Positions 37,604 through 46,083 of a DNA stretch of 64,000 nt are shown here, piece by piece; the first letter of the stretch is position 1, and each line of letters begins with the position of its first letter. The stretch lies in NCBI GenBank assembly GCA_017456545.1, contig JAFTJE010000033.1, positions 3,793 to 67,792 on the forward strand, in the 5' to 3' direction. A program made the position numbers and the translations under genes. The notes below the pieces were generated by a model. It had not been told where the DNA came from, did not search any database, and was given only the letters and a program-made list of their open reading frames with translations. This DNA comes from Clostridia bacterium (GTDB taxonomy: Bacteria; Bacillota; Clostridia; Oscillospirales; CAG-272).

Positions 37604-38067
37604 TAAAATCCCATTATCTCCATAATTTCTTTCTGTTTTCTGAACATTTCCTTCTCATCCTCCTTAGATGTTTCATGGTCGTAACCAAGGAGATGAAGTG
37701 TCGAATGGACACAGAGGAAAGCCACCTCGTGATAAATGCTATGTCCAATCTCATATCCCTGCATTGCAGCTTTTTCAAGTGAAATTACAATATCACCGAG
37801 AGGAATATCATCTGTTCCTATGTTTATTTCATTGAAATCATCGAACATAGGAAAAGAAAGAACATCTGTTTCCCTATTTTTGTTTCTATATGTTTTATTC
37901 AGCTCCTTTATAGCCTCATTATCAACAAAAGTTACGGAAACCTCGCAATTTTTATCAAATCCCTCATATACAAGAGTATTGAATACTGCTTTTCTTACTA
38001 TTGCCTTCATGGCAACTCTGACTTCATAAATATTTTGCTCATCCTTAATGTAGGTAGTTAATTTCAT
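37603..38067 (-). CDS. ybeY: rRNA maturation endoribonuclease YbeY
   Basis: HSTLHLLGYDH matches the zinc-binding motif. Confidence 0.9.
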   Translation of the reverse strand: MKLTTYIKDEQNIYEVRVAMKAIVRKAVFNTLVYEGFDKNCEVSVTFVDNEAIKELNKTYRNKNRETDVLSFPMFDDFNEINIGTDDIPLGDIVISLEKAAMQGYEIGHSIYHEVAFLCVHSTLHLLGYDHETSKEDEKEMFRKQKEIMEIMGF

Positions 38068-39098
38068 TTTTGATTTCCTCTTTTTGAATTATAATTTTTA
38101 TCAAATCTTTCCTTGTGCTTTTCTGCTCTTTCCTTTTCGTATTTGTCATATGCCAGAATGATTCTTTGTACAAGCTTATGTCTTACAACATCCCTTTCAC
38201 TAAAGGTATGAATGGATATCCCATCGACATCTCTGAGTATTTTTACAGCCTCTGCAAGTCCACTCTTTTTACCATCAGGTAAATCCGTTTGTGTAAGGTC
38301 ACCTGTTACAACTATCTTAGAGCCAACTCCAAGTCTGGTGAGAAACATTTTCATTTGCTCCGGAGTGGTATTCTGAGCTTCGTCGAGAATTATAAAAGAA
38401 TCGTCAAGAGTTCTGCCACGCATATAAGCAAGGGGGGCTATTTCAATCACCATTTTTTCGATATATTTTGAACAGTTCTCCATACCGAGCATTTCATAAA
38501 GAGCATCATATAAAGGTCTTAAATATGGGTCTATTTTGCTCTGAAGATCTCCCGGTAAAAAGCCTAAGCGTTCCCCTGCTTCAACTGCCGGTCTTGTCAA
38601 TATTATTCTGTTAATTTCCTTATCTCTTAAAGCCTTGACTGCCATTGCAACGGCAAGGAAGGTTTTACCCGTTCCGGCAGGGCCGATGCCAAGAGTTACC
38701 GTATTCTTTTTTATAGACTCAATATAACGCTTCTGTCCTACTGTTTTTGACTTTATAGGTCTACCCTTAGCACTTACAAAAATGCAGTCATCATCAAGCT
38801 CATTAAGGTCCGATGTTCGCTTTTCCATAACCATAGAAATAGCGTAATCCACACTTTGCTCAGTTATTATGTTATTCATAGACGCCATCTTATTAAGATA
38901 CATTAAAACCTCATAGGCGTTCTTTACTGCTCCATCATCTCCACTTATAGTTACACAATCACCTATATCGTTATTGGACGGTCTGTTTACCACCTTAACT
39001 CCAAAAGCCCGTTCTATTGCTGTAACATTCATATCAAAGGTGCCGAATATGGCACTTGTTGCACTGGGCGACGGTGTATTAAAGGTCTTTTCTGCCAT
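38064..39098 (-). CDS. phoH: PhoH-family ATPase
   Basis: GPAGTGKTFLA (Walker A) and FIILDEAQN (Walker B). Confidence 0.9.
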   Translation of the reverse strand: MAEKTFNTPSPSATSAIFGTFDMNVTAIERAFGVKVVNRPSNNDIGDCVTISGDDGAVKNAYEVLMYLNKMASMNNIITEQSVDYAISMVMEKRTSDLNELDDDCIFVSAKGRPIKSKTVGQKRYIESIKKNTVTLGIGPAGTGKTFLAVAMAVKALRDKEINRIILTRPAVEAGERLGFLPGDLQSKIDPYLRPLYDALYEMLGMENCSKYIEKMVIEIAPLAYMRGRTLDDSFIILDEAQNTTPEQMKMFLTRLGVGSKIVVTGDLTQTDLPDGKKSGLAEAVKILRDVDGISIHTFSERDVVRHKLVQRIILAYDKYEKERAEKHKERFDKNYNSKRGNQK

Positions 39099-39102
39099 TC
39101 TG

Positions 39103-40278
39103 TCATTCCTTTATAACTTCAAATTCTTTTAATTCTGCAATATTTTCAATACAATAAAGCTCACACTCAATGTAGTAAAATTCGAAATCGCAATAATAAT
39201 TTGTTTTTTGTGATATTAAAATAGCATTTGCAAGCTGTAAATCTATTTTTTCCTTTAGCTGTGCATTCGCTATATCCTTAGCTTCTCTCTGGGTGTATTC
39301 TATTTCCCTCATTTCATATTCAAGGTATTTTGTATCAATAACCTCAATAGGAAGCTCTGCTCCGTTAAAAAGCTTAAGATTTTCACTTGATTCTATTTTA
39401 TCACATAAGATATTATAATTTCTATACTTTTTGAAAATATTTATTTTTTTTGTAAATACTTTTACACTTTTGTCTCGATATATAACACCCGTGTATACCT
39501 TGACATCCTGCTTCATAGGTACTTTAACTGTTATATTTTTCTTAACATATGCATTTACAATTCCATCGGCATGAACATAGCGTACTCCCTCTGCACCCGA
39601 ATCAATTATTCCCGATATAAGAATATCGCCTTTTTTTACTGTATCGGAAACATATACATTTTTAACCCCGTCAAAAACGCTTATAAGAATAATTTGTCCA
39701 TCGCATTTTGCTACAACATTTGTAAATGTGTCCTTACTTACCGTATTCTCCTTCATTCTTTCCCTTACTTTAACATTTGCAACATTTCCATCTATATTTA
39801 CGGAAATCCAGGCTATATCATCTGTATTTTTTAAGAATCTGTTATGTACTGTATCAAAATTTATGTCAGGAATAAATGTCCCAACCGTCAATCCACTGTT
39901 ACCGAGAATCTCAATTATCTCTTCATCACTGACGGACACATTACCCTCAATATTTATTTTCCAAACATATGATGAGGATATCTGAACTCCCAACAGCATT
40001 ATAAAAAGTCCAACAAGTATTCCCCATCGCTTTGAATATCCGGTAATAAAATTTACTATGCTTTTTTGTTTGACTGCATTAAAATCAATTTTTTCTTCTA
40101 AAAAAATTTTTTTGTAATTCTCACAATAAGAAGCATGAACCAGTAAGCATAAATCACCATTTGAAGAAAAGTCCATTTTTTCGTATGACAAGGAATGCTT
40201 GATGAGTACATCAAGTGCTAAAGACACCTGCTGCTTAGGAACTGTAAAAATATATTTTCCAATCTCAATTTTTGCCAT
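39103..40278 (-). CDS. yqfD: Sporulation protein YqfD
   Basis: A ~390-aa protein with a central TM segment, in the conserved yqfC-yqfD-phoH order of spore formers. Confidence 0.8.
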   Translation of the reverse strand: MAKIEIGKYIFTVPKQQVSLALDVLIKHSLSYEKMDFSSNGDLCLLVHASYCENYKKIFLEEKIDFNAVKQKSIVNFITGYSKRWGILVGLFIMLLGVQISSSYVWKINIEGNVSVSDEEIIEILGNSGLTVGTFIPDINFDTVHNRFLKNTDDIAWISVNIDGNVANVKVRERMKENTVSKDTFTNVVAKCDGQIILISVFDGVKNVYVSDTVKKGDILISGIIDSGAEGVRYVHADGIVNAYVKKNITVKVPMKQDVKVYTGVIYRDKSVKVFTKKINIFKKYRNYNILCDKIESSENLKLFNGAELPIEVIDTKYLEYEMREIEYTQREAKDIANAQLKEKIDLQLANAILISQKTNYYCDFEFYYIECELYCIENIAELKEFEVIKE

Positions 40279-40558
40279 ACTTATTCACCTTCTCAATATT
40301 ATAGGAGCTTATGTATCCACGGATGCTCACTCTTCCTTGAGAAAATGTCATCATCGAGAGGGAGGCACCTATAACCCTTATGATATAAATTTTACACCTT
40401 ATAATTATTTCGGTTTCATCATATTTTTTTATTCCTACACATCCATCAATGCTTAAGTGTGTATTGCCGATAAACTGAGCACTTGGAACGGATACAATAC
40501 CATTTAATGGAATATCAAATTTATCAGATATTATTTCTCCAAAGGTTTTTTTAATCAT
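40265..40558 (-). CDS. yqfC: Sporulation protein YqfC (YabP family)
   Basis: DIPLNGIVSVPSAQFIGNTHLSIDGCVGIKKYDETEI matches the YabP/YqfC pattern. The start is moved to ATG 40558, behind GGAG. Confidence 0.75.
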   Translation of the reverse strand: MIKKTFGEIISDKFDIPLNGIVSVPSAQFIGNTHLSIDGCVGIKKYDETEIIIRCKIYIIRVIGASLSMMTFSQGRVSIRGYISSYNIEKVNKYGKN

Positions 40559-40626
40559 TTTACAGACTCCGATTTTCATATATTCTATTAGAAATATTTA
40601 TGATAAAGGAGGTGCAATAATAACTT

Positions 40627-41547
40627 TTGAAATCTAAAAATTGGTTTGCATTATTTTTTACCGTATTATTATATATTTTATTTTTTACAAATGCAGAATA
40701 TCTAAAAATAAGCATCAATAATTCTATCGAGTTTTGCTTAAAATCCCTTATTCCATCAATGTTTCCGTTCATTTTACTATCTTATTTTGTAATAAATTCA
40801 AATCTTGCAGATGAAATGATTTATAAATATATAAAATCATCAAAAAATTTATTAGGCATTTGTAAAATATATCTTTCCTCCATTATATTAGGGTCTGTAT
40901 CAGGCTTTATAACAGGTCCAAAATGTATTTGCTCAATTTACTCCAAGGAAGAAGAAAATGATGCACAAGCCTTTTCTGATTCGGTAATATTATCCTCAAA
41001 TTGTGGTGTCGGATTTGTCATATCCTGTGTCGGAATTTTAATATGGAACAGTGTTGAATTTGGAATTTTTCTATATATTTCAGAGATTGTCACTTCTCTT
41101 ATTCTTGGTAAATTATTACTTAGGGGATACTGTAATAAAGAATATTGTTATACCCATTGCAAGCTTTCTCTTATAGATTCATTTACATATTCCGTATCAT
41201 CAGCCTTTTCCTCGGTTTTCAATGCATGCTCTTTTGTAATATTCTTTTCACTTTTATCAGATATTTTTGCACTCTATATCAATTCCACAATAAGTAGTCT
41301 TTTATCTATAATTTTTGAATTCAGTAAAGGCACCTTCAATGCCGTAAGCTTCAATAATGTTATTGTAAGTGCTTTTCTCACGGGTTTTTCTATAGGCTTC
41401 GGTGGCTTATCGGTTATGTTTCAAACATTCTCTATATGCTCCGGCTATCCTCTTAACAAAAAAAATTATATTGTCTTCAAGCTTTTACACGGTGTTATTC
41501 TGGGTATGTTAGCATCTCTGTATATTTTTTATAAGTATCTACTTTGA
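40627..41547 (+). CDS. Polytopic membrane protein, YlbJ-like (nucleoside-recognition/Gate-type)
   Basis: The N-terminus (..SINNSIEFCLKSLIPSMFPFILLS) resembles sporulation membrane protein YlbJ. A TTG start lies 14 nt after AGGAGGTG. At 306 aa it is shorter than YlbJ. Confidence 0.5.
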   Translation: MKSKNWFALFFTVLLYILFFTNAEYLKISINNSIEFCLKSLIPSMFPFILLSYFVINSNLADEMIYKYIKSSKNLLGICKIYLSSIILGSVSGFITGPKCICSIYSKEEENDAQAFSDSVILSSNCGVGFVISCVGILIWNSVEFGIFLYISEIVTSLILGKLLLRGYCNKEYCYTHCKLSLIDSFTYSVSSAFSSVFNACSFVIFFSLLSDIFALYINSTISSLLSIIFEFSKGTFNAVSFNNVIVSAFLTGFSIGFGGLSVMFQTFSICSGYPLNKKNYIVFKLLHGVILGMLASLYIFYKYLL

Positions 41548-41592
41548 AAATTTCCTCATATACTTATAACAGGCATCCTTAAAGGAGGTATT

Positions 41593-41808
41593 ATGTGTGT
41601 AGTATCTGTAAGATCAATGACACATGCCATGAAAGCAAAAAAAGCGTTGGAAGGCCTTGATATAAAATGCGATATAATCAAGCTGGAGCCCTATATGACA
41701 AAAAAAGGGTGTGCTTATGGCGTACAATTTCAATGTGTAAATTTATATAGTGCAAAGGATGCCCTTGATAAAAAATCCGTTAAATATTCGGAAATAATAA
41801 GCTTATAG
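41593..41808 (+). CDS. DUF3343-type small protein (putative S/Se carrier-like)
   Basis: A 71-aa protein (VRSMTHAMKAKKALEGLDI...KKGCAYGVQF). An AAAGGAGG ribosome-binding site is present. It is adjacent to the cysteine desulfurase gene. Confidence 0.6.
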   Translation: MCVVSVRSMTHAMKAKKALEGLDIKCDIIKLEPYMTKKGCAYGVQFQCVNLYSAKDALDKKSVKYSEIISL

Positions 41809-41818
41809 AGAAAAATTT

Positions 41819-42955
41819 ATGATTTATTTGGATAACGCCGCCACCACCTTTCCAAAACCACAGAATGTAAGTGTAGAAATGGCAAGATGTATAAATAAAT
41901 ACTGCGGGAACCCGGGGAGAAGCTCTCATTCTCTATCTCAAAAAAGTGCAGAGAAAATTTATGAGACACGATGTTTACTTGCTGATTTATTTTGTGCAGA
42001 AGCAGAAAATATTGTTTTCACCTACAATACTACCTATGCTCTTAATATTGCTATAAAAACCTTTGCGAAAGATGGATGCCATATTTTAATCAGCGATATT
42101 GAGCATAATTCCGTTTTAAGACCTGTATACACCCTTTGTAAGAATGCAGGATGTACCTTTAATACTTTTTCCACATCGGGAACAAACGATGAAATTTTAG
42201 GCAGTATTAAGCGTAATATTAAAGCGTCTACCTCATTACTTATATGCACCCACATTTCAAATGTTGGATGTCGAAGGCTGCCGATTGAGGAAATTGGTAA
42301 GCTGTGTCGAGAAAGGGGTATAAAATTCATAGTCGACGGAGCTCAAAGTGCAGGATTGTATGATATAGATGTGCAAAAAATGAATATAGATGCTTTATGT
42401 ATCCCCGGGCATAAATCACTATACGGTCCCCAAGGTGTGGGTGCAATAATATTCGGTAATGAGTATATCGGTAAAACTCTTATAGAGGGTGGTACGGGGA
42501 TTAATTCACTGGATATGGAAATGCCCGATTTCCTACCTGATAGGTATGAAGGTGGAACATTATCGACCCCCGCAATTGTCGGCTTAAATGAGGCTCTTAA
42601 ATGGCTTAAAACCGTTGATATTAATAAAATCCGTGCTTATGAGGAATCTCTGTATTCCACACTTACAGAGCTTCTTAAATTGAATGAACGAGTTATATTA
42701 TATGAAATGAATTCTTATCCCGGAAACACTATAATGTTCAATATTGACGGACTCTCCGGTGCATATGTGGGAGGATTACTTGACAAACGGGATATTTGTG
42801 TACGAAGTGGTTATCATTGCTCCCCTATGGCACATAAGCTGTTAGAAACGGGGGACGGTGGTGCTGTACGAGTAAGCTTCAGCGTTTTTAATACAAAAAA
42901 GGAAATATACTCGCTTTACGAGGCTATATGCGATATTTCTAAAAAAACAAAATAA
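41819..42955 (+). CDS. Class V aminotransferase-fold cysteine desulfurase / selenocysteine lyase-like
   Basis: IYLDNAATT; the PLP-lysine context PGHKSLYGPQG; and the C-terminal active-site-like SGYHCSP. Confidence 0.8.
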   Translation: MIYLDNAATTFPKPQNVSVEMARCINKYCGNPGRSSHSLSQKSAEKIYETRCLLADLFCAEAENIVFTYNTTYALNIAIKTFAKDGCHILISDIEHNSVLRPVYTLCKNAGCTFNTFSTSGTNDEILGSIKRNIKASTSLLICTHISNVGCRRLPIEEIGKLCRERGIKFIVDGAQSAGLYDIDVQKMNIDALCIPGHKSLYGPQGVGAIIFGNEYIGKTLIEGGTGINSLDMEMPDFLPDRYEGGTLSTPAIVGLNEALKWLKTVDINKIRAYEESLYSTLTELLKLNERVILYEMNSYPGNTIMFNIDGLSGAYVGGLLDKRDICVRSGYHCSPMAHKLLETGDGGAVRVSFSVFNTKKEIYSLYEAICDISKKTK

Positions 42956-42985
42956 CGGCATATTAAAAAATGCCGTTATTTTTAG
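42951..42985. terminator. Bidirectional terminator (csd / rpe convergent)
   Basis: The arm aataacggcat pairs with atgccgttatt. Confidence 0.75.
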
Positions 42986-42997
42986 TTTAAGCTTCTG

Positions 42998-43654
42998 TCA
43001 CAAGGTGTTCAAGAGTATTTCCTCAGCTGTTTTGGTCTTCTCTGCCTTAAAAAAGCCTGTGCCAAGAACAAAAATATTAGCACCGGCATCCGATGCTGTT
43101 TTGATGGTGGTATCATTTATACCTCCATCAACCTGAATATCAAGCTCTTTTCCAATAGATAAGGCGTATTCTCTGACCTTTCTAACCTTATCCATGGTAT
43201 CTACCATAAACTTCTGACCACCGAATCCCGGCTCTACAGTCATAATAAGAACCATATCTATATCCTTGATATACGGATAAAGAACTTCTGCCTCCGTTTT
43301 GGGCTTTATGGATATACCTGCCTTTATTCCTTTTGCTTTTATTTTCTCTATAGCATTAACAATACGGGTATTATCAAGTGCTTCATAATGGAAGGTGATA
43401 ATATCTGCTCCACAACGGATAAATTCATCTATATACCTGTCAGGCTCTACTATCATGGCATGAACATCAATTATAAGATCTGTGCATCCTCTGACAGCTG
43501 ATATAACAGGCATACCAAAGCTGATATTAGGTACAAAACAACCGTCCATAATATCTATGTGTACATATTTAGCACCGGATTCTTCAATTTTTTTAATTTC
43601 ATTTCCCAATTCCAGCATATTGGATGCAAGAATTGATGGAGATATGTGCTTCAT
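42998..43654 (-). CDS. rpe: Ribulose-phosphate 3-epimerase
   Basis: SPSILASN, HIDIMDG, TVEPGFGGQKF. The start is moved to ATG 43654, behind GAGAGG. Confidence 0.95.
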   Translation of the reverse strand: MKHISPSILASNMLELGNEIKKIEESGAKYVHIDIMDGCFVPNISFGMPVISAVRGCTDLIIDVHAMIVEPDRYIDEFIRCGADIITFHYEALDNTRIVNAIEKIKAKGIKAGISIKPKTEAEVLYPYIKDIDMVLIMTVEPGFGGQKFMVDTMDKVRKVREYALSIGKELDIQVDGGINDTTIKTASDAGANIFVLGTGFFKAEKTKTAEEILLNTL

Positions 43655-43774
43655 AAAAACCTCTCGTAAATGTAATATAATGTCAAATATTGGCAAAAAT
43701 CATATGATATTAGTAAAGCTCAGAGCAAGGGGTGAGACTGGAATTAAAAAATAAGGATGTGTAAGTTTTATATC

Positions 43775-44251
43775 TTATTCCTTGCTCTTTAATATACAAA
43801 CACTATGAGCACTTATCCCCTCTTTTCTTCCCGTAAAGCCAAGCTTTTCCTCGGTTGTAGCCTTTATATTTATCATTTCCACAGAAATATTAAGGGTATC
43901 TGCCAAAACAGTCCTCATATTTTGTATATGAGGAGCCATCTTGGGTGCCTGTGCAATTACAGTGCAATCAATATATTCTATTTTCAAGCCTTTATCCGAA
44001 ATTCTGTCAAGAACCCGTTTCAATAAAATTTTGCTATCTATATTTTCAAACTCGGGAGAATTATCCGGAAAAAGATTTCCTATATCCGGTAAGCTGGAAG
44101 CCCCAAGTAAAGCATCACAAATAGCGTGAATAAGTACATCACCGTCAGAATGGGCAAGAAAGCTCTTTTCATAGGGGATCATCACTCCACCTATTACAAG
44201 ATGATCTCCCTCGGTAAAACGATGTACATCATATCCGTGGCCTATTCTCAT
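43775..44251 (-). CDS. ispF: 2-C-methyl-D-erythritol 2,4-cyclodiphosphate synthase
   Basis: MRIGHGYDVHRF and HSDGDV motifs. Length is 158 aa. Confidence 0.95.
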   Translation of the reverse strand: MRIGHGYDVHRFTEGDHLVIGGVMIPYEKSFLAHSDGDVLIHAICDALLGASSLPDIGNLFPDNSPEFENIDSKILLKRVLDRISDKGLKIEYIDCTVIAQAPKMAPHIQNMRTVLADTLNISVEMINIKATTEEKLGFTGRKEGISAHSVCILKSKE

Positions 44252-45000
44252 TTATTGATATGCCCCTCTCTTTTGGAAATTACATATTCAGCGTAATCAA
44301 TATCCTCTTTAACCGTAATTTTAATGTTTTCTCTGCCTGTATCTACAAGCTTAACCTTAAATCCAGCCTTTTCAGCAAGCATGCAATCATCGGTAACCTC
44401 TATATTTTTTTGTCTTGCATTATATGCACTTGCTTTATAAGTTTTTGTTTCGAAGGCTTGTGGTGTCTGTACATTCCATACAAATTCTCTGTCAAGAGTG
44501 CGTTTAACAAGTCCGTTTTCATCAACCCACTTTATAGTGTCAATTGCCCTGCACGCTGCTGATGCCGCATTATATTCAACTGCTTTTTTAAGAACCGACT
44601 CTATAATTTCCTCAGTAACCAAGCACCTTGCCCCGTCATGGAAAATAACATATTTTGTTTTTTCGGAAATATGTCTGAAGCCTCGAAATGCAGAGTTTTG
44701 TCTTGTATCACCACCGACAACAATACATCTTATTTTTTTGAAATCGTTAATTACGATAAGCTCCTTATACTTTTGTAAATCCTCCTTACGGACAACCAAT
44801 ATAATTTCCTTTACGCATTTGGATTTTTCAAAAACAGAAATTGTTCTTTCAGCCACTCCCTTACCACAGACCTGAGCCATCTGTTTATTTTCCAAGCCCT
44901 TGCCAAATCTTGTTGAATTACCTGCACATAATATGATAGCTGATGTATATCCCTGTTTTACTGTATCAAAGGTCTTAGCAATTTTTGAAAATAATCCCAT
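44248..45000 (-). CDS. ispD: 2-C-methyl-D-erythritol 4-phosphate cytidylyltransferase
   Basis: AIILCAGNSTRFG (P-loop-like) and VGGDTRQNS. ATG 45000 sits behind GGGAGG. The 3' end overlaps ispF by 4 nt. Confidence 0.9.
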   Translation of the reverse strand: MGLFSKIAKTFDTVKQGYTSAIILCAGNSTRFGKGLENKQMAQVCGKGVAERTISVFEKSKCVKEIILVVRKEDLQKYKELIVINDFKKIRCIVVGGDTRQNSAFRGFRHISEKTKYVIFHDGARCLVTEEIIESVLKKAVEYNAASAACRAIDTIKWVDENGLVKRTLDREFVWNVQTPQAFETKTYKASAYNARQKNIEVTDDCMLAEKAGFKVKLVDTGRENIKITVKEDIDYAEYVISKREGHINK

Positions 45001-45107
45001 TTTTATACCTCCCGGTAGCAACTGTATATAAATGTATGTCTATAAAACAATTATTTATTTTATCATATAATATTTTAACACCGTTTGTCAATAAATTAGT
45101 ATAAAAA

Positions 45108-45135
45108 AATAAAAAAAGAGCCGAAAAAACGGCTC
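45108..45135 (-). terminator. Rho-independent terminator after the BlaI-like gene
   Basis: The arm gagccg pairs with cggctc, with a T-run on the minus strand. Confidence 0.7.
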
Positions 45136-45239
45136 AAAAATTTAATAATTCCAAAAAACCTATGAATCCTACGGTTTACACATTTGATGAGGTGAGCTAT
45201 ATCACCTACATCAAATCCGAAACTCGCTGTCGAAATTCA

Positions 45240-45617
45240 TCAATACTGTTCCTGAAGCCACTTTAGCATTTCATCAAGCTCATCATTTGGGAGTGTATTG
45301 TTACCGTAAAGCAAATCAAGCATCTTTACAAAAGAGCCACCGTGATATTTATTAAGAAAATCCACAGTAATACCACGAACATAATCTGTTTTTACAGCAT
45401 CAACAAAATAATATCTTTCCTTTCCCCTTTTTTCAGAGTGAATAAAACCTCTATCTTCAAGTCTTGTAAGGAATGAAATAAGAGTAGGTGCCTTCCAGCC
45501 CTTTGCTTTACCGACATTTTCCATAAGATATGCCGTATTGACCGGATAAGTCTTACTGCTCCAAAGGGCTACCATAACATCAAATTCAGCCTCGGGCAAT
45601 TTCTTTGATATGTCCAT
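45240..45617 (-). CDS. BlaI/MecI/CopY-family winged-helix repressor (orphan)
   Basis: LPEAEFDVMVALW...APTLISFLTRLEDRGFI..EKRGKERYYF is typical of the Penicillinase_R family. ATG 45617 is preferred, 7 nt after AAAGGAA. Confidence 0.75.
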   Translation of the reverse strand: MDISKKLPEAEFDVMVALWSSKTYPVNTAYLMENVGKAKGWKAPTLISFLTRLEDRGFIHSEKRGKERYYFVDAVKTDYVRGITVDFLNKYHGGSFVKMLDLLYGNNTLPNDELDEMLKWLQEQY

Positions 45618-45650
45618 TTTCATTTCCTTTCTTTTTTTAGTTGCTCTATT

Positions 45651-45679
45651 ATTATACACTTGTCTAATTTGTTTGTCAA
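45651..45679 (-). promoter_or_regulatory. Consensus sigma-A promoter of the BlaI-like gene
   Basis: On the minus strand: TTGACA, a 17-nt spacer, then TATAAT. Both hexamers are exact. Confidence 0.65.
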
Positions 45680-45701
45680 TAAGAATTTTATATTTTTCGA
45701 C

Positions 45702-45730
45702 AAAAAATTTGCACCGTTAAAAAACGGTGC
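45702..45730 (-). terminator. Rho-independent terminator after the ACP-like gene
   Basis: The arm gcaccg pairs with cggtgc, with a T-run on the minus strand. Confidence 0.7.
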
Positions 45731-45745
45731 GAGATGTGTCCGAAA

Positions 45746-45973
45746 TTAAAATGAGACCTTCTTTGCGGATACTTCAAAAATATCCGTAATATCACGAAGC
45801 TCTACTATTTCTTCATCTTCTATATGTATATCAAATATATTTTCAATACCCATTATTATCTTCATAAGAGTTAGAGAATCCATACCGAGCTCAACAAAGG
45901 TCATTTCTTCTCTCAGCTCCTCTACAGGTATGGAAAGATGTATGGAAATTATACCAAGAATTTTATCAAGCAT
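45746..45973 (-). CDS. Acyl/peptidyl carrier protein-like (75 aa, orphan)
   Basis: ELGMDSLTLMKI matches the phosphopantetheine attachment motif (G-x-D-S-L). The size and acidity fit an ACP. A GGAGG ribosome-binding site is present. Confidence 0.7.
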   Translation of the reverse strand: MLDKILGIISIHLSIPVEELREEMTFVELGMDSLTLMKIIMGIENIFDIHIEDEEIVELRDITDIFEVSAKKVSF

Positions 45974-46007
45974 TTATAGATTCCTCCTATTTTCTCATTC
46001 CTACATT

Positions 46008-46036
46008 ATTATATAACATATTTGTGTATTTTTCAA
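46008..46036 (-). promoter_or_regulatory. Sigma-A promoter of the ACP-like gene
   Basis: On the minus strand: TTGAAA, a 17-nt spacer, then TATAAT. Confidence 0.6.
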
Positions 46037-46044
46037 GTTTTTTA

Positions 46045-46073
46045 TTGACTTTATACTTTCAAATTATTATAAT
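46045..46073 (+). promoter_or_regulatory. Sigma-A promoter of the ROK-like gene, back-to-back with the ACP promoter
   Basis: TTGACT, a 17-nt spacer, then TATAAT. The two -35 boxes are 8 bp apart. Confidence 0.6.
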
Positions 46074-46083
46074 CAAATGGGTG

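Noticed and set aside
40560-40772. A 70-aa minus-strand ORF lies upstream of yqfC and overlaps the start of the YlbJ-like gene.
   Set aside because: It has no ribosome-binding site and an Asn/Ile/Phe-rich composition. It overlaps the divergent promoter/ribosome-binding-site region and the 5' end of a plausible membrane-protein gene.
46024-46083. The ORF track adds N-terminal extensions to several genes: 46024 for the ROK-like gene, 11752 for the HPr-like gene, 16616 for the Cys-rich gene, 45659 for the BlaI-like gene, 43696 for rpe, 61106 for rpsB, and 63099 for the lipoprotein.
   Set aside because: In each case the extension begins upstream of, or within, a consensus promoter, or it lacks a ribosome-binding site. 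An internal ATG preceded by a good Shine-Dalgarno sequence gives a protein that starts at the canonical family N-terminus.
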